NCBI GenBank assembly: GCA_963762165.1
Contig: CAVXJN010000003.1
Coordinates: forward strand, 288,694 to 352,693
Source of the DNA: an uncultured Gammaproteobacteria bacterium
GTDB lineage: Bacteria > Pseudomonadota > Gammaproteobacteria > JASBUN01
Reading direction: 5' to 3'
DNA: 64,000 bases
Position 1 is the first letter of the stretch; each line of letters opens with the position of its first letter. Below are positions 30,890 through 41,362 of this stretch, piece by piece. The notes below the pieces were generated by a model. The model had not been told where the DNA came from, did not search any database, and saw nothing but the letters and a program-made list of their open reading frames with translations. Position numbers and translations under genes: made by a program.

Positions 30890-33091
30890 ATGCCATCCGG
30901 TCCCATTTTCCAGGTCGCGGTGCCGTCGCCACTGCGGCGTGTATTCGATTACTTGCCTTGCCCCGACGGACCGGCGGAGCTGCCTCCGGGCACTCGGGTG
31001 CGGGTACCGTTCGGGCGCAGCGAATCGATCGGCATTGTGCTGGGGACAAGCAGCCACTCGGAAATTCCACACCAGCGCCTGAAACCGATCCGCGCCGTAC
31101 TGGATCCTGGTCCGGTGCTCACGCCTGCCATGCTCGCGCTCGCACAATGGGCCAGCCAGTATTACCGCCATCCGCTGGGCGAGGTGCTGAGCGCGGCCTT
31201 GCCGGTGCTCCTGCGCCAAGGGCGTCCCTACCGCGGCGAAAGGCTCGGCCGCTGGCGGCTGACGCCCGAGGGCGCTGTGGTCGACCCCTCGTCCCTGGGC
31301 AGAAGCCCGCGCCAGGCCGCAGTCCTGAGCCGGCTGCGGAATCTGGGCGGCAGTGCGACCGCCGAACAGCTGCGTGAGTTGGAAGGCGATTGGCGTGGCG
31401 CCTTGCGGGCGCTCGGCGCCAAACGCTGGGTCGAATACTACGAACTCGACGCCGTGCCGGCCGCCGGGACCGGCACCGAGGCACCGCTGCCGTTGGCCGG
31501 CGCGCAGGCGGACGCGGTAGCCCAGGTCTGCGGCGCGCGCGGCTTCTCGCCGTTTCTGCTCTATGGCGTCACCGGTAGCGGCAAGACCGAAGTCTATTTG
31601 CAGATCATCAGTCAAGCGCTGGCGCACGACCGCCAGGCTTTGGTACTGGTGCCGGAGATCGGCCTCACACCGCAGCTGGTGCAGCGTTTCCGCGAACGCT
31701 TCGCAGTGCCGCTGGCGGTATTGCACTCGGGACGCAACGAACAGGAGCGGCTCAACGCCTGGGTCGCCGCCGCCCGCGGCGAAGCGCCGATCGTGCTTGG
31801 CACCCGCTCGGCGATTTTCACGCCCCTGGCGCGGCCCGGGATCTTGATCGTCGACGAGGAACACGACAACTCCTTCAAGCAACAGGACGGCCTGCGCTAT
31901 TCCGCCCGCGACCTGGCCCTGGTACGCGCGCGCCAGGAAGACATCCCGGTGGTGCTGGCCTCAGCCACGCCGGCGCTGGAAAGCCTGCACAACGCCTGGC
32001 AGGACCGATACCGATTGCTGCAACTGCCCGAGCGGGCCGGCAACGCTGTACATCCGCGCATGGAACTGCTGGACGTGCGCAGTCGTCCCATGCACGAGGG
32101 TCTGGCGGAAAATCTCCTGCAACGCATGGCGGCCCATGTCGCGCGCGGCGGCCAGGTGCTGCTGTTTCTCAATCGCCGCGGTTTTGCGCCCACGGTCCTG
32201 TGCCACGACTGCGGCTGGGTCGCGGAATGTCACCGCTGCGACGCCCACATGACCCTGCATCATGCCAGCGGGCGCCTGCGCTGCCACCATTGCGGCGCCG
32301 AACGGCCGGTGGATCCGGCTTGTCCCGCCTGCGGCAGCGTCGACCTGCGTCCCATCGGCCAGGGTACGGAACGGCTCGAGGGTTTCCTGCGCCAGCGCTT
32401 CACGGATCTGGGCGTGGTAAGGATCGACCGCGACAGCACCCGGCGCAAAGGCGCATTGGAAGAAAAGCTCGCCAGTGTACAGAGCGGTGCCAGCCGCATC
32501 CTGCTCGGCACCCAGATGCTCACCAAAGGACATCATTTCCCGGAGGTGACGCTCGTGGGCGTGGTGGATGCCGATCAGGGTTTGTTCAGCAGCGACTTTC
32601 GCGCCGGCGAGCGCATGGCGCAATTGGTCATTCAAGTCGCCGGCCGCGCCGGGCGTGCCCAGCAGCCCGGTGAAGTGGTGATCCAGACCCATCATCCGGA
32701 CCATCCGCTGTTGCAGGCGCTGGTACGCCAGGACTATCTGGCGTTCGCGCGCATGGCATTGGCGGAACGCCGGGAAACGCGACTGCCGCCGTTTGCAAGT
32801 CTGGCATTGATTCGCGCCGAAGCGCCCAATCGTGACGCACCCGCCCTGTTTTTGGATCAAGTGAGCGACTGCGCGCGCCAACTCGGACACGACGGTGTGG
32901 AAATTTTCGGGCCGGTGCCCGCGCCGATGGAACGCCGCCAGGGGCGCTACCGCGCCATGCTACTACTGCAGGCGGAGGAACGAGGTAGTTTGCAGCGCCT
33001 GCTGACGCCGCTGGCACCGGCCCTGGAAACGCTGCCCAAGGCACGCGCGGTGCGCTGGTCGCTGGACGTGGATCCGGTGGATACGTTCTAG
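30890..33091 (+). CDS. priA: Primosomal protein N' (replication restart helicase PriA)
   Basis: N-terminus MPSGPIFQVAVPSPLRRVFDY aligns with E. coli PriA MPVAHVALPVPLPRTFDY. Walker A GVTGSGKTE, DEEHD, Cys-rich zinc fingers CHDCGW...CHRCD...CHHCG...CPACGS. Confidence 0.92.
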   Translation: MPSGPIFQVAVPSPLRRVFDYLPCPDGPAELPPGTRVRVPFGRSESIGIVLGTSSHSEIPHQRLKPIRAVLDPGPVLTPAMLALAQWASQYYRHPLGEVLSAALPVLLRQGRPYRGERLGRWRLTPEGAVVDPSSLGRSPRQAAVLSRLRNLGGSATAEQLRELEGDWRGALRALGAKRWVEYYELDAVPAAGTGTEAPLPLAGAQADAVAQVCGARGFSPFLLYGVTGSGKTEVYLQIISQALAHDRQALVLVPEIGLTPQLVQRFRERFAVPLAVLHSGRNEQERLNAWVAAARGEAPIVLGTRSAIFTPLARPGILIVDEEHDNSFKQQDGLRYSARDLALVRARQEDIPVVLASATPALESLHNAWQDRYRLLQLPERAGNAVHPRMELLDVRSRPMHEGLAENLLQRMAAHVARGGQVLLFLNRRGFAPTVLCHDCGWVAECHRCDAHMTLHHASGRLRCHHCGAERPVDPACPACGSVDLRPIGQGTERLEGFLRQRFTDLGVVRIDRDSTRRKGALEEKLASVQSGASRILLGTQMLTKGHHFPEVTLVGVVDADQGLFSSDFRAGERMAQLVIQVAGRAGRAQQPGEVVIQTHHPDHPLLQALVRQDYLAFARMALAERRETRLPPFASLALIRAEAPNRDAPALFLDQVSDCARQLGHDGVEIFGPVPAPMERRQGRYRAMLLLQAEERGSLQRLLTPLAPALETLPKARAVRWSLDVDPVDTF

Positions 33092-33180
33092 GTTCGCGGT
33101 TGAAACCCGCCGGCGAGCGGCGATAATAGCGCGCTGCGTCCTGTTCCTGGCGCCCCCGATCCGGTATCTTTTGCACCCCT

Positions 33181-34941
33181 ATGAAACACTACCTCGAGCA
33201 ACTGGTCTCTCAGTCCCTGGCGGCCCTGCGCGACAGCGGCGGCTTGCCGGTGGACGCGCCGGATCAGATCCAGATCGAGCGCACCCGCGACAAATCCCAT
33301 GGCGATTTCGCCTGTAACATCGCCCTGACATTGGCCAAGATCGTAGGCCGCAAGCCCCGCGAACTGGCCCAGGAAATCGTCGCCGGGCTACCGCAATCGA
33401 ATCTGCTCGCCAAAGCCGAAGTGGCGGGGCCCGGGTTCGTGAATTTCTTTTTGACCCCCACCGCGTACCACAATGTCCTGGGCAATATCCTGGAATTGTC
33501 CGAGCGCTACGGGCGCAGCAACGTGGGCGCGGGCCAGCGGGTGCAGGTCGAATTCGTGTCCGCCAATCCCACCGGTCCGCTGCACGTGGGCCACGGCCGC
33601 GGTGCGGCGTACGGCGCCACCGTCGCCGATCTGCTGGCCGCGGTGGGATTCGACGTGCACCGGGAATACTACGTCAACGACGCGGGCCGGCAGATGGACA
33701 TTCTCGCCGCCAGCGTGTGGCTGCGGTATCTGGAGTTGAGCGGCGAAGAAATCCCGTTTCCGGCCAACGGCTACCGCGGCGACTATGTCTGGGACATCGC
33801 CGCCGAGCTGCATCGCAGCCGCGGTGATGCCTTGCGCCATGACGCACAGACGGTGTTCGCAGATTTGCCGGCGGACGAAGGCGGCGGCGGCGACAAAGAG
33901 GAATACATCGACGCAGTCATCGAGCGGGCGCGGAAACTGCTCGGCCCCCAGGGCTATCGCGAAGTGTTCGATCAGGGGCTGAATACCATTCTCGGCGACA
34001 TCCGCAAGGACTTGCATGAATTCGGCGTCGATTACGAGGAATGGTATTCGGAACGTTCCCTCACCGAATCCGATGCGGTGGATCGCGCTATCGAACGTTT
34101 GCGGCAGGCGGGGCACTTGTATGAGCGCGATGGCGCGCTGTGGTTTCGCAGCACCGAGTTCGGCGACGAAAAGGATCGGGTGGTTGTCCGCGAGAACGGC
34201 CAGCGCACCTACTTCGCGTCCGACATCGCTTATCACGCGGACAAGTTGGAACGGGGCTTCGACCGGGTGATCGACGTCTGGGGCGCGGATCACCATGGTT
34301 ACGTACCGCGGGTGCGCGCGGCGATGCGGGCCCTGGGCGATGACGACGGCAAGTTGGATGTGCTGTTGGTACAGTTCGCGATTCTCTACCGCGGCGGCGA
34401 AAAGGCGCAGATGTCCACTCGCTCCGGGGAATTCGTCACGTTGCGGGAACTGCGCGACGAAGTGGGCAACGACGCGGCGCGGTTTTTCTATGTCATGCGC
34501 AAATGCGAACAACACCTCGACTTCGACCTGGATCTGGCGAAGTCACAATCGGCGGACAATCCGGTCTATTACATCCAGTATGCCCATGCGCGTGTGTGCA
34601 GCGTGCTGCGACAACTGCAGGACAAAGGACTCAGTCGCAATGTCGAGCGCGGCCAGCGCAATCTGCACCTGCTGGGTGAATCCCACGAACTCGATCTGAT
34701 GACCACGCTGTCGCGGTTTCCCGAAGTCGTGGAGGCGGCAGCGCTCAATCACGAGCCCCATCAGCTGGCCCACTATCTGCGCGGCCTGGCAAACGATTTT
34801 CACACCTATTACAACGCCCACCAGTTTCTGGTCGATGACGACGCCTTGCGCGACGCGCGCCTGAACTTGATCGTGGCGGTGCGCCAAGTGATCGCAAACG
34901 GACTCGGATTGCTGGGCGTATCGGCACCGGAGTCCATGTAG
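33181..34941 (+). CDS. argS: Arginine--tRNA ligase
   Basis: Class I HIGH motif ([14 protein letters not shown]), KMSK-like block (QMSTRSG), DALRY-type anticodon-binding C-terminus. 586 aa. Confidence 0.95.
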   Translation: MKHYLEQLVSQSLAALRDSGGLPVDAPDQIQIERTRDKSHGDFACNIALTLAKIVGRKPRELAQEIVAGLPQSNLLAKAEVAGPGFVNFFLTPTAYHNVLGNILELSERYGRSNVGAGQRVQVEFVSANPTGPLHVGHGRGAAYGATVADLLAAVGFDVHREYYVNDAGRQMDILAASVWLRYLELSGEEIPFPANGYRGDYVWDIAAELHRSRGDALRHDAQTVFADLPADEGGGGDKEEYIDAVIERARKLLGPQGYREVFDQGLNTILGDIRKDLHEFGVDYEEWYSERSLTESDAVDRAIERLRQAGHLYERDGALWFRSTEFGDEKDRVVVRENGQRTYFASDIAYHADKLERGFDRVIDVWGADHHGYVPRVRAAMRALGDDDGKLDVLLVQFAILYRGGEKAQMSTRSGEFVTLRELRDEVGNDAARFFYVMRKCEQHLDFDLDLAKSQSADNPVYYIQYAHARVCSVLRQLQDKGLSRNVERGQRNLHLLGESHELDLMTTLSRFPEVVEAAALNHEPHQLAHYLRGLANDFHTYYNAHQFLVDDDALRDARLNLIVAVRQVIANGLGLLGVSAPESM

Positions 34942-34944
34942 ACG

Positions 34945-35541
34945 ATGGCACGGGATTACAAACACAGCGGCAAACGCAAGAGTAAGAAAAGCGCAGCGGC
35001 GCCCGGGTGGGCCTGGTTACTGGCCGGCTTCGGCCTGGGCCTGCTATCGATGGCGCTGGTGTATCTGTACCACTTGCAGCAACCGGCGGCGCCCACCGGT
35101 CAACGAAACACAGCAGCGGCCGTTGCGCAAAAGCCGGCGGCAAAAACCAAGCCCGCCAAACCTGCGGCGAAGGCCCAGGACAAAGCGGCTGAGAACCACG
35201 GCGTGCACTTCGAGTTCTACACCCTGCTACCGGAAAGCGAAGTCGTGATTCCGGAGAAGGACCTGGAACAAAAAGCGCAGCCTGGAAAAGCGCCCGAAAA
35301 ACCTCCTGCCAGCTACATGCTGCAGATCGGGTCGTTCCGCCAGCAACCCGAAGCCGAATCCCTCAAGGGTGAACTGGCGCTGATTGGCGTGGTGGCCCAC
35401 ATTCAAAGGGTCGACATCAAAGGCGACACCTGGTATCGGGTACGAGTGGGCCCATTCGATACCTATGACGAGATCACCCGCGCGCGGGCCCGGCTGCGCG
35501 ACAACAGCGTCAATGCCATTCCGGTGAAAGTGAAAGGCTGA
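34945..35541 (+). CDS. SPOR-domain protein (FtsN-like septal peptidoglycan-binding protein)
   Basis: N-terminal TM anchor, Lys/Ala/Pro-rich linker, C-terminal SPOR domain (SYMLQIGSFRQQPEAESLKGELALIGV...WYRVRVGPFD). priA-argS-SPOR order as in Pseudomonas. Confidence 0.7.
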   Translation: MARDYKHSGKRKSKKSAAAPGWAWLLAGFGLGLLSMALVYLYHLQQPAAPTGQRNTAAAVAQKPAAKTKPAKPAAKAQDKAAENHGVHFEFYTLLPESEVVIPEKDLEQKAQPGKAPEKPPASYMLQIGSFRQQPEAESLKGELALIGVVAHIQRVDIKGDTWYRVRVGPFDTYDEITRARARLRDNSVNAIPVKVKG

Positions 35542-35614
35542 AGGCCCGAATTCCGTCCGCCACGCTGAGACACGGCGATCACGTCGGGTCCGCCGCCGCG
35601 CGGTTCGATCCGAA

Positions 35615-36499
35615 CTACGGTCGGCGAAACAACTCCCGTTTTTGACGCAACAGCGCCGAGATGTCCTCGTCGCCATGGCCGGCTTCGATCAAACGCCGGT
35701 AATGCACCAGTGTCATTTCCAACACCGGCAGGCGGCTGTCGCCGTTGGACACTTGCTCCGCCATACGCCGGCAGATCTCGAGGTCCTTGCGATGCAGGGA
35801 CAGTTTGAAGCCCGCCGCAAATTGATCGCGGATCATGCTCGGGCCGCGGCGACTGAGAAACCAGCTTCCGGCCGCGCCGCCGGCGAGCGCGTCGACCAGC
35901 TTGTCCATGTCGAGCTGCAGTGCCTCAGCGAACGCCAGCGCTTCCGACACCGCTTGATTAATGCCCGCCGCCATCAGTTGATTTACGGCTTTGGCGGCCT
36001 GGCCGCTGCCCACGGCACCGATATGGACGATGCCCGAAGCCATCGACGAAAGTGCCGGGCGCACCCTTTCGAGAACGGCATCGTCGCCGCCGACCAGCGC
36101 CGTAAGCCGACCGTTGCGCGCGCCTTCCACGCCGCCGGTAACCGGTGCGTCCAAAAACCCGGCGCCCAGTGCCTGCAAACGCTGCGCCGCCTGCCGGGCG
36201 GTGTCGACGCTGACTGTGGAACAATCGACGATCGTCGCGCCGCCCGGCACGCCGGGCAGCAGCGCTTCAATCGATTCCAGCACCGCGGCGTCGTCGCTGA
36301 CACACAGGAATACGATGTCGCAATCGGCCGCCAGTGCAGCAGGAGTGTCCGCCGCTTGCACGCCCAGCTCGGCGGCCAGCGAACGGCTCTTGCCGGCGGT
36401 GCGATTCCATAGGCCGCACAAATGACCGGCGGCGGCCAGATTTCGCGCCATGGGAGCGCCCATGGCACCCAAACCCATAAATCCTGCACGCATGCTCAT
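35615..36499 (-). CDS. NAD(P)-dependent oxidoreductase, 3-hydroxyisobutyrate dehydrogenase/2-hydroxy-3-oxopropionate reductase (MmsB/GarR) family
   Basis: N-terminal GFMGLGAMGAPMARNL Rossmann motif, catalytic-Lys region GSGQAAKAVNQ. ~290 aa. Confidence 0.75.
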   Translation of the reverse strand: MSMRAGFMGLGAMGAPMARNLAAAGHLCGLWNRTAGKSRSLAAELGVQAADTPAALAADCDIVFLCVSDDAAVLESIEALLPGVPGGATIVDCSTVSVDTARQAAQRLQALGAGFLDAPVTGGVEGARNGRLTALVGGDDAVLERVRPALSSMASGIVHIGAVGSGQAAKAVNQLMAAGINQAVSEALAFAEALQLDMDKLVDALAGGAAGSWFLSRRGPSMIRDQFAAGFKLSLHRKDLEICRRMAEQVSNGDSRLPVLEMTLVHYRRLIEAGHGDEDISALLRQKRELFRRP

Positions 36500-36536
36500 G
36501 GCCGTTGTCGTCCGTAGCGGAGCGCCGAAGCGGGGA

Positions 36537-38438
36537 TCAATCCTCCAGGTAAGTGTATCCCTTGAGCCCGGCGGTGAGTTCCATCAAGTAGTGCTCCAGA
36601 TGTTCGCGGGCCAGCTTGGAGCCGGCAATCTTGCGCCGGAACGCCTGCAACAGATCGTTGGCAGCGAAGTGCACATAGGCGAGCACTTCCTCCACCGTGT
36701 CGCCATGCTCCGGCTGGCTCAGACGGTAACCGCCGTCAGCGGTCAATTCGACGTTCACAGAATCCGTGTCGCCGAACAGGTTATGCATGTCTCCCAGAAT
36801 CTCCTGATACGCACCGACCATGAAAATACCGAGCAGGTAATGTTCGCCGGCGTGCAGCTGATGTACGGGCAGGGTCGATTCGACGCCTTCGCGGTCGATG
36901 TATTGATCGATGCGGCCGTCGGAATCGCAAGTCAGATCCTGCAATACCGCGCAACGGTCGGGCACCTCGTCGAGGCGCTGCAAGGGCACGATGGGAAACA
37001 ACTGATCGATGGCCCAGACATCGGGAATGGATTGGAACACCGAGAAATTGCAGAACACCTTGTCCGCCAGCACCTCGTTGAGCTCTTCGATCAACTCGCG
37101 ATGGGAACGATTGGTGGCCGCGAGCAACGGCCGCACCCGCTGACAAGTGGCGAAGTAGAGCTGTTCGGCACGCGCACGCTGTTCGAGCGTCAACACGCCG
37201 TGGGTATACATGGCGCGGGCTTCAGTCAACCAATGGGCGGCATCGTGATAGGTTTCCAGTGCCGAGCGGCTGGACAGTTGCTGCACGCCCTGCCAGAGAT
37301 CGTGCAGGATCAAAGGATCCTCCTCGGCGGGCGCGGCGACGTCGGCGGCATCCTGCGGCCGCTCGATATCGATGACATTGGTAATCAACACCGCGTGGTG
37401 CGCCGTCATGGCGCGGCCGGATTCGGTGATGATAGCCGGGTAGGGCAGATCGTTGTCGGAACAAGTCTCCCACAATGCATGGACGACGTTGCGTGCATAC
37501 TCCTGGACGCTGTAATTCATCGAACAAAAGCTGCGTGAGCGTGTGCCTTCGTAGTCCACGCCCAGGCCGCCGCCCACATCGACGCAGCGCACATCCACGC
37601 CCATGCGGTGCAGTTCGGCATAATAGCGACCGGCCTCGCGCATGCCGCGCTGGATATCGCGGATATTGGCAATCTGCGAGCCCATGTGAAAATGCAGCAG
37701 TTGCAGACTGTCGAGCATATCCGCCTGCCGCAGCCGCTCGACCATGGCCAGCACCTGTTGCGCCGAGAGACCGAACTTGGCTTTTTCGCCGCCGGTGTTC
37801 TGCCATTTACCCGAACCCAGCGAGGCCAGACGCACGCGCATACCCAGCAGCGGCTTGATGCCCATGTCCCGGGCTTCGCGAATCACATGTTCGAGCTCGG
37901 ACAATTTTTCGACTACGATGTAGATCTCAAGCCCGAGCTGACGACCGATCAGAGCCAAGCGAATGTATTCGCGATCTTTGTAGCCGTTGCAGATGACCAC
38001 GCCGCCGTCATCGTCGGACAACGCCATCACTGCCATCAACTCGGGCTTGCTACCCGCCTCAAGGCCCACGCGCCCGGCACCGTGGCCGAGAATCTTCTCC
38101 ACCACGCTGCGCTGCTGGTTGACCTTGATGGGGTACACCGCGGTATAGCGCGCCTGGTAATCCTTTTCCGCCATGGCCGTGGCGAATGCGCCGCAAAGGG
38201 TATCGACCCGATCGTGGAGGATGTCGGCGAAGCGCACCAGCACCGGCAGGGTCAGGCCCGACTGCTGCACCTGGGCGCTGAGTTCGAACAGATCAATGCC
38301 GGCGGATTGATCATCGCGCGTCGGCCGCACGACAACGTGGCCGGCGTCATTGATATCGAAATACCCGCCGCCCCAGTGACGGATATTGTAGGTGTCGCGG
38401 GCGCGCTGAATGGTGGACTGGTCCATGGGAGGTGCCAC
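36537..38438 (-). CDS. speA: Biosynthetic arginine decarboxylase
   Basis: YNIRHWGGGYF, PIKVNQ (PLP lysine region), ~630 aa fold-III decarboxylase. Divergent from speE. Confidence 0.9.
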   Translation of the reverse strand: MAPPMDQSTIQRARDTYNIRHWGGGYFDINDAGHVVVRPTRDDQSAGIDLFELSAQVQQSGLTLPVLVRFADILHDRVDTLCGAFATAMAEKDYQARYTAVYPIKVNQQRSVVEKILGHGAGRVGLEAGSKPELMAVMALSDDDGGVVICNGYKDREYIRLALIGRQLGLEIYIVVEKLSELEHVIREARDMGIKPLLGMRVRLASLGSGKWQNTGGEKAKFGLSAQQVLAMVERLRQADMLDSLQLLHFHMGSQIANIRDIQRGMREAGRYYAELHRMGVDVRCVDVGGGLGVDYEGTRSRSFCSMNYSVQEYARNVVHALWETCSDNDLPYPAIITESGRAMTAHHAVLITNVIDIERPQDAADVAAPAEEDPLILHDLWQGVQQLSSRSALETYHDAAHWLTEARAMYTHGVLTLEQRARAEQLYFATCQRVRPLLAATNRSHRELIEELNEVLADKVFCNFSVFQSIPDVWAIDQLFPIVPLQRLDEVPDRCAVLQDLTCDSDGRIDQYIDREGVESTLPVHQLHAGEHYLLGIFMVGAYQEILGDMHNLFGDTDSVNVELTADGGYRLSQPEHGDTVEEVLAYVHFAANDLLQAFRRKIAGSKLAREHLEHYLMELTAGLKGYTYLED

Positions 38439-38581
38439 TTGCGTGATCCTGGTGAGAGGGCCCTGGATTATGGCGGATTCGGCGCCAGAATTGAATGCGT
38501 GGCGTGCGCTCCAGCCTTGTCACCCGCAAGTCCGTTCCGGTACTCTTTAGCGCCCCGTCCGCCTAACCCGAGGAGCATTCG

Positions 38582-39445
38582 ATGGCGCTCGACGAAACCT
38601 GGTTCAGCGAGCCCTGCGAAGAGTGCGGGTCTGCGTTTTCACTGCGGATCAACGAAAAATTGCACGACGAGCAAACGCCGTACCAACGGATCGAAGTGTA
38701 TTCGACCGCCAAGTTCGGCAATCTGATGGTGATCGACGGCTTCGTGATGCTCACGGACCGCGATAATTTCGTCTACCACGAAATGATGAGTCATCCGGCG
38801 CTGTTCACGCACAACGACCCGAAAAAAGTGGTCATTATCGGCGGTGGCGACTGCGGTACGCTGCGCGAAGTGCTCAAGCACAGTGGTGTCGTGGAAGCCT
38901 GGCAGGTGGAAATCGACGAACGCGTCACCCGCGTGTCGGAACAATATTTCCCAGCTTTGTGCGACGCCAATGACGATGCGCGTGCGAACTTCTACTTCGG
39001 CGACGGCATCCAATGGATGAAGGACGCCGAGCCCGGCAGTATTGATGTCATCATCATCGACAGCACCGATCCCATCGGTCCCGCCGAAGGACTGTTTTCG
39101 GAACCCTTTTATCGCGACTGCCACCGCGCCCTGCGCGACGGCGGCATCCTGGTGCAACAAAGTGAATCGCCGTTGTTCCACATGCGCATCATCAAGCCCA
39201 TGCACAAGGCGATGCGCGCCGCCGATTTCCAACACACACGAACACTCACCTATCCCCAGTGCAGCTATCCTTCCGGCTGGTGGAGTTCGACCATGGCGCG
39301 CAAGAACGCCGATCTGGAAAATTTTCGTGAACAGGACGCGAAGCGGCGCGACTTCGAAACCCACTACTACAACGCCGACATACACCGCGCGGCGTTTGCG
39401 GCGCCTGAATTCTTCAGGCGGGAACTCGCCGAATACCTGAAATGA
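38582..39445 (+). CDS. speE: Spermidine synthase (polyamine aminopropyltransferase)
   Basis: GGGDCGTLREVLKH, DIIIIDSTDPIGP motifs. 287 aa. Confidence 0.9.
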   Translation: MALDETWFSEPCEECGSAFSLRINEKLHDEQTPYQRIEVYSTAKFGNLMVIDGFVMLTDRDNFVYHEMMSHPALFTHNDPKKVVIIGGGDCGTLREVLKHSGVVEAWQVEIDERVTRVSEQYFPALCDANDDARANFYFGDGIQWMKDAEPGSIDVIIIDSTDPIGPAEGLFSEPFYRDCHRALRDGGILVQQSESPLFHMRIIKPMHKAMRAADFQHTRTLTYPQCSYPSGWWSSTMARKNADLENFREQDAKRRDFETHYYNADIHRAAFAAPEFFRRELAEYLK

Positions 39446-39448
39446 CGC

Positions 39449-40259
39449 TCACACCGGCGGCTTGCGCAAGCGTTCCAGGCGCAACCGCTGGCGCTCGTCG
39501 AACAATCGCCGCGAGGCGATATAAACCGCACTCAAGGTGCCGAAGCCGGTTCCCGCGGCGATCAGGAACATGATCATGATCTGGTACTTCACCGCTTCCA
39601 CCGGCGGTGCACCCGCCAGAATCTGACCGGTCATCATCCCCGGCAGACTGACCACGCCGGCCGCCGCCATGGCATTGATGATCGGCAACATACCGCTGCG
39701 CGCGCTGTCGCGGCGAATGTCCTCGATTGCCCGGTTCCAATCCTCCCCCAGGGTCAGCCGCGCTTCGATCACCCGTCGCTGTTGCCAAGCGGTCTGACTC
39801 AAACGGTCCAGGCCGAGGGAGACGCCGTTCATGGTGTTGCCCAGCAACATGCCCAGCAACGGTATCGCGTACTGCGGTTCGTACCAGGGCTGCACCCGTA
39901 TCACCACGGTCAACGCCAGCAGCGTCACACTGAATGAAGACACGAACATGGCCAGGGTGCCGACTCCGAACCCCCACCAGCCGGCCAGGCGATAGCGCTG
40001 GCGCACCATGACCTCGCGCGCCGGCGATCAACAGCATGGCCAGGGCGATGAGACTGATCCAAACCAATTCGACACGGGCGAACACCGCCGTGAGCACCAG
40101 TCCGATCAGGAGCAATTGCAATGTCGTGCGCAACGCAGCGATGAGCAGGGTGCGCTCGACACCGAGACGCAACCGCAGTGACAAAAGCGCCAACGCCAGC
40201 ACCAGTACCGCGGCCAGCGACAGGTCCCAGGCGGAAAGCTGTACCAGGCCCACCGTCAC
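39449..40259 (-). CDS. fetB: Iron export ABC transporter permease FetB (YbbM/UPF0014 family); frame interrupted by a 1-nt deletion near 40017
   Basis: N-terminal part (ORF 39414..40259) ...LIALAMLLIAGAR shifts frame to ...VMVRQRYRLAGWW...VSLPGMMTGQILAGAPPVEAVKYQIMIMF (ORF 39449..40009). Junction lies in a gcgcgcg repeat. ATGA overlap with upstream fetA. Confidence 0.7.
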
Positions 40260-40852
40260 GCAGCCTGCTCCAAGGCACCGTTGCGCATTTGCAAGCGCCG
40301 GGTGGCAACGCGCTTGATCTGTTCCGGATCATGGCTCACCCATAGCACCGCCGCGCCGGTGCGTTGCCGGTACGCGGTGACCAGGTCTTCCACTTGACGC
40401 GACGAACCCGGATCGAGGTTTGCAGTGGGTTCGTCCAGCAGCAGCGCTTTCGGACTGTTGCAGAGCAAGCGCAGCAATGCCAAACGTTGGCGCTCGCCAC
40501 TCGACAGGCGCTCCACCTCCCATTCCAACACCGCGCTGTCGAAGCCCAATTCGGCAATTCCATGGGGCGCGGCGGCACAGAAATGATCTCCCACCCGCGG
40601 CAGCCACCACGGACTGTCGGCTGGCAACAGCGCCACCTCGCGGCGCCATCTGGGCGCCTGAATGTCAGTGCAGGCCACGCCGTCGAGCAGCACCCGGCCG
40701 CCGTGCGGGTCCAGGTCGGCGATGGCCCGCAGCAGCAGACTCTTGCCGCTACCGGAGGCGCCGGACAAACACACGCACTCGCCGTCGCCAACCGTCAGGC
40801 TCACGGGCTGCAGATGATGGGTTTGTAGGGATTCCAGTTGCAGCGTGCTCAT
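40256..40852 (-). CDS. fetA: Iron export ABC transporter ATP-binding protein FetA (YbbL family)
   Basis: Walker [36 protein letters not shown]. ~198 aa. Confidence 0.75.
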   Translation of the reverse strand: MSTLQLESLQTHHLQPVSLTVGDGECVCLSGASGSGKSLLLRAIADLDPHGGRVLLDGVACTDIQAPRWRREVALLPADSPWWLPRVGDHFCAAAPHGIAELGFDSAVLEWEVERLSSGERQRLALLRLLCNSPKALLLDEPTANLDPGSSRQVEDLVTAYRQRTGAAVLWVSHDPEQIKRVATRRLQMRNGALEQAA

Positions 40853-40960
40853 GGGTCCGGCCGGTGACCCTGGAGCCGAGTGTTCGGTTCCAGTATCGTA
40901 ACGGGCTCGCTAATGGCCGCCGGGAACATGGCAGCGGATCGAATCGACACAGGGGGCATT

Positions 40961-41197
40961 ATGTCAGAACCGAGGATTGCACAGAAAGCACCGTATGTGG
41001 TGGAACTGGAACCGGGCACGTATTGGTGGTGCGCGTGCGGCCGCTCCAAAAACCAGCCCTTCTGTGACGGCTCACACAAGGGTACGGACCTCTCGCCGCA
41101 GAAATTCGAAATCACCGAAAAACGCAAATACGGGCTCTGCGGCTGCAAGCATTCGGCCAACATGCCGTTTTGCGACGGCACCCATAAATCCCTATAA
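40961..41197 (+). CDS. CDGSH iron-sulfur domain protein (two CDGSH-type motifs)
   Basis: CACGRSKNQPFCDGSHKG and CGCKHSANMPFCDGTHK. ATG at 40961 with AGGGGG RBS. Confidence 0.75.
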   Translation: MSEPRIAQKAPYVVELEPGTYWWCACGRSKNQPFCDGSHKGTDLSPQKFEITEKRKYGLCGCKHSANMPFCDGTHKSL

Positions 41198-41306
41198 CCG
41201 ATTGACCGCACCCCCAAGCGCTGCAGTCGGGGCTGCACTTCGCCACGGTGGGAGACGGTGCTCCAATTGATCCGGACTCCGGCTCGGCCTGCAAAGCCGA
41301 ACGGCC

Positions 41307-41336
41307 AAAAAAAGAGCGGGCGCATTGCGCCCGCTC
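41307..41336 (-). terminator. Rho-independent terminator downstream of amtB (10-bp GC stem GAGCGGGCGC/GCGCCCGCTC, 7-U tract on the minus strand)
   Basis: aaaaaaagagcgggcgcattgcgcccgctc read on the plus strand; on the minus strand the stem is followed by TTTTTTT. Confidence 0.65.
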
Positions 41337-41362
41337 CGTTTCCCAAGCTTGACTCGCTTGGC

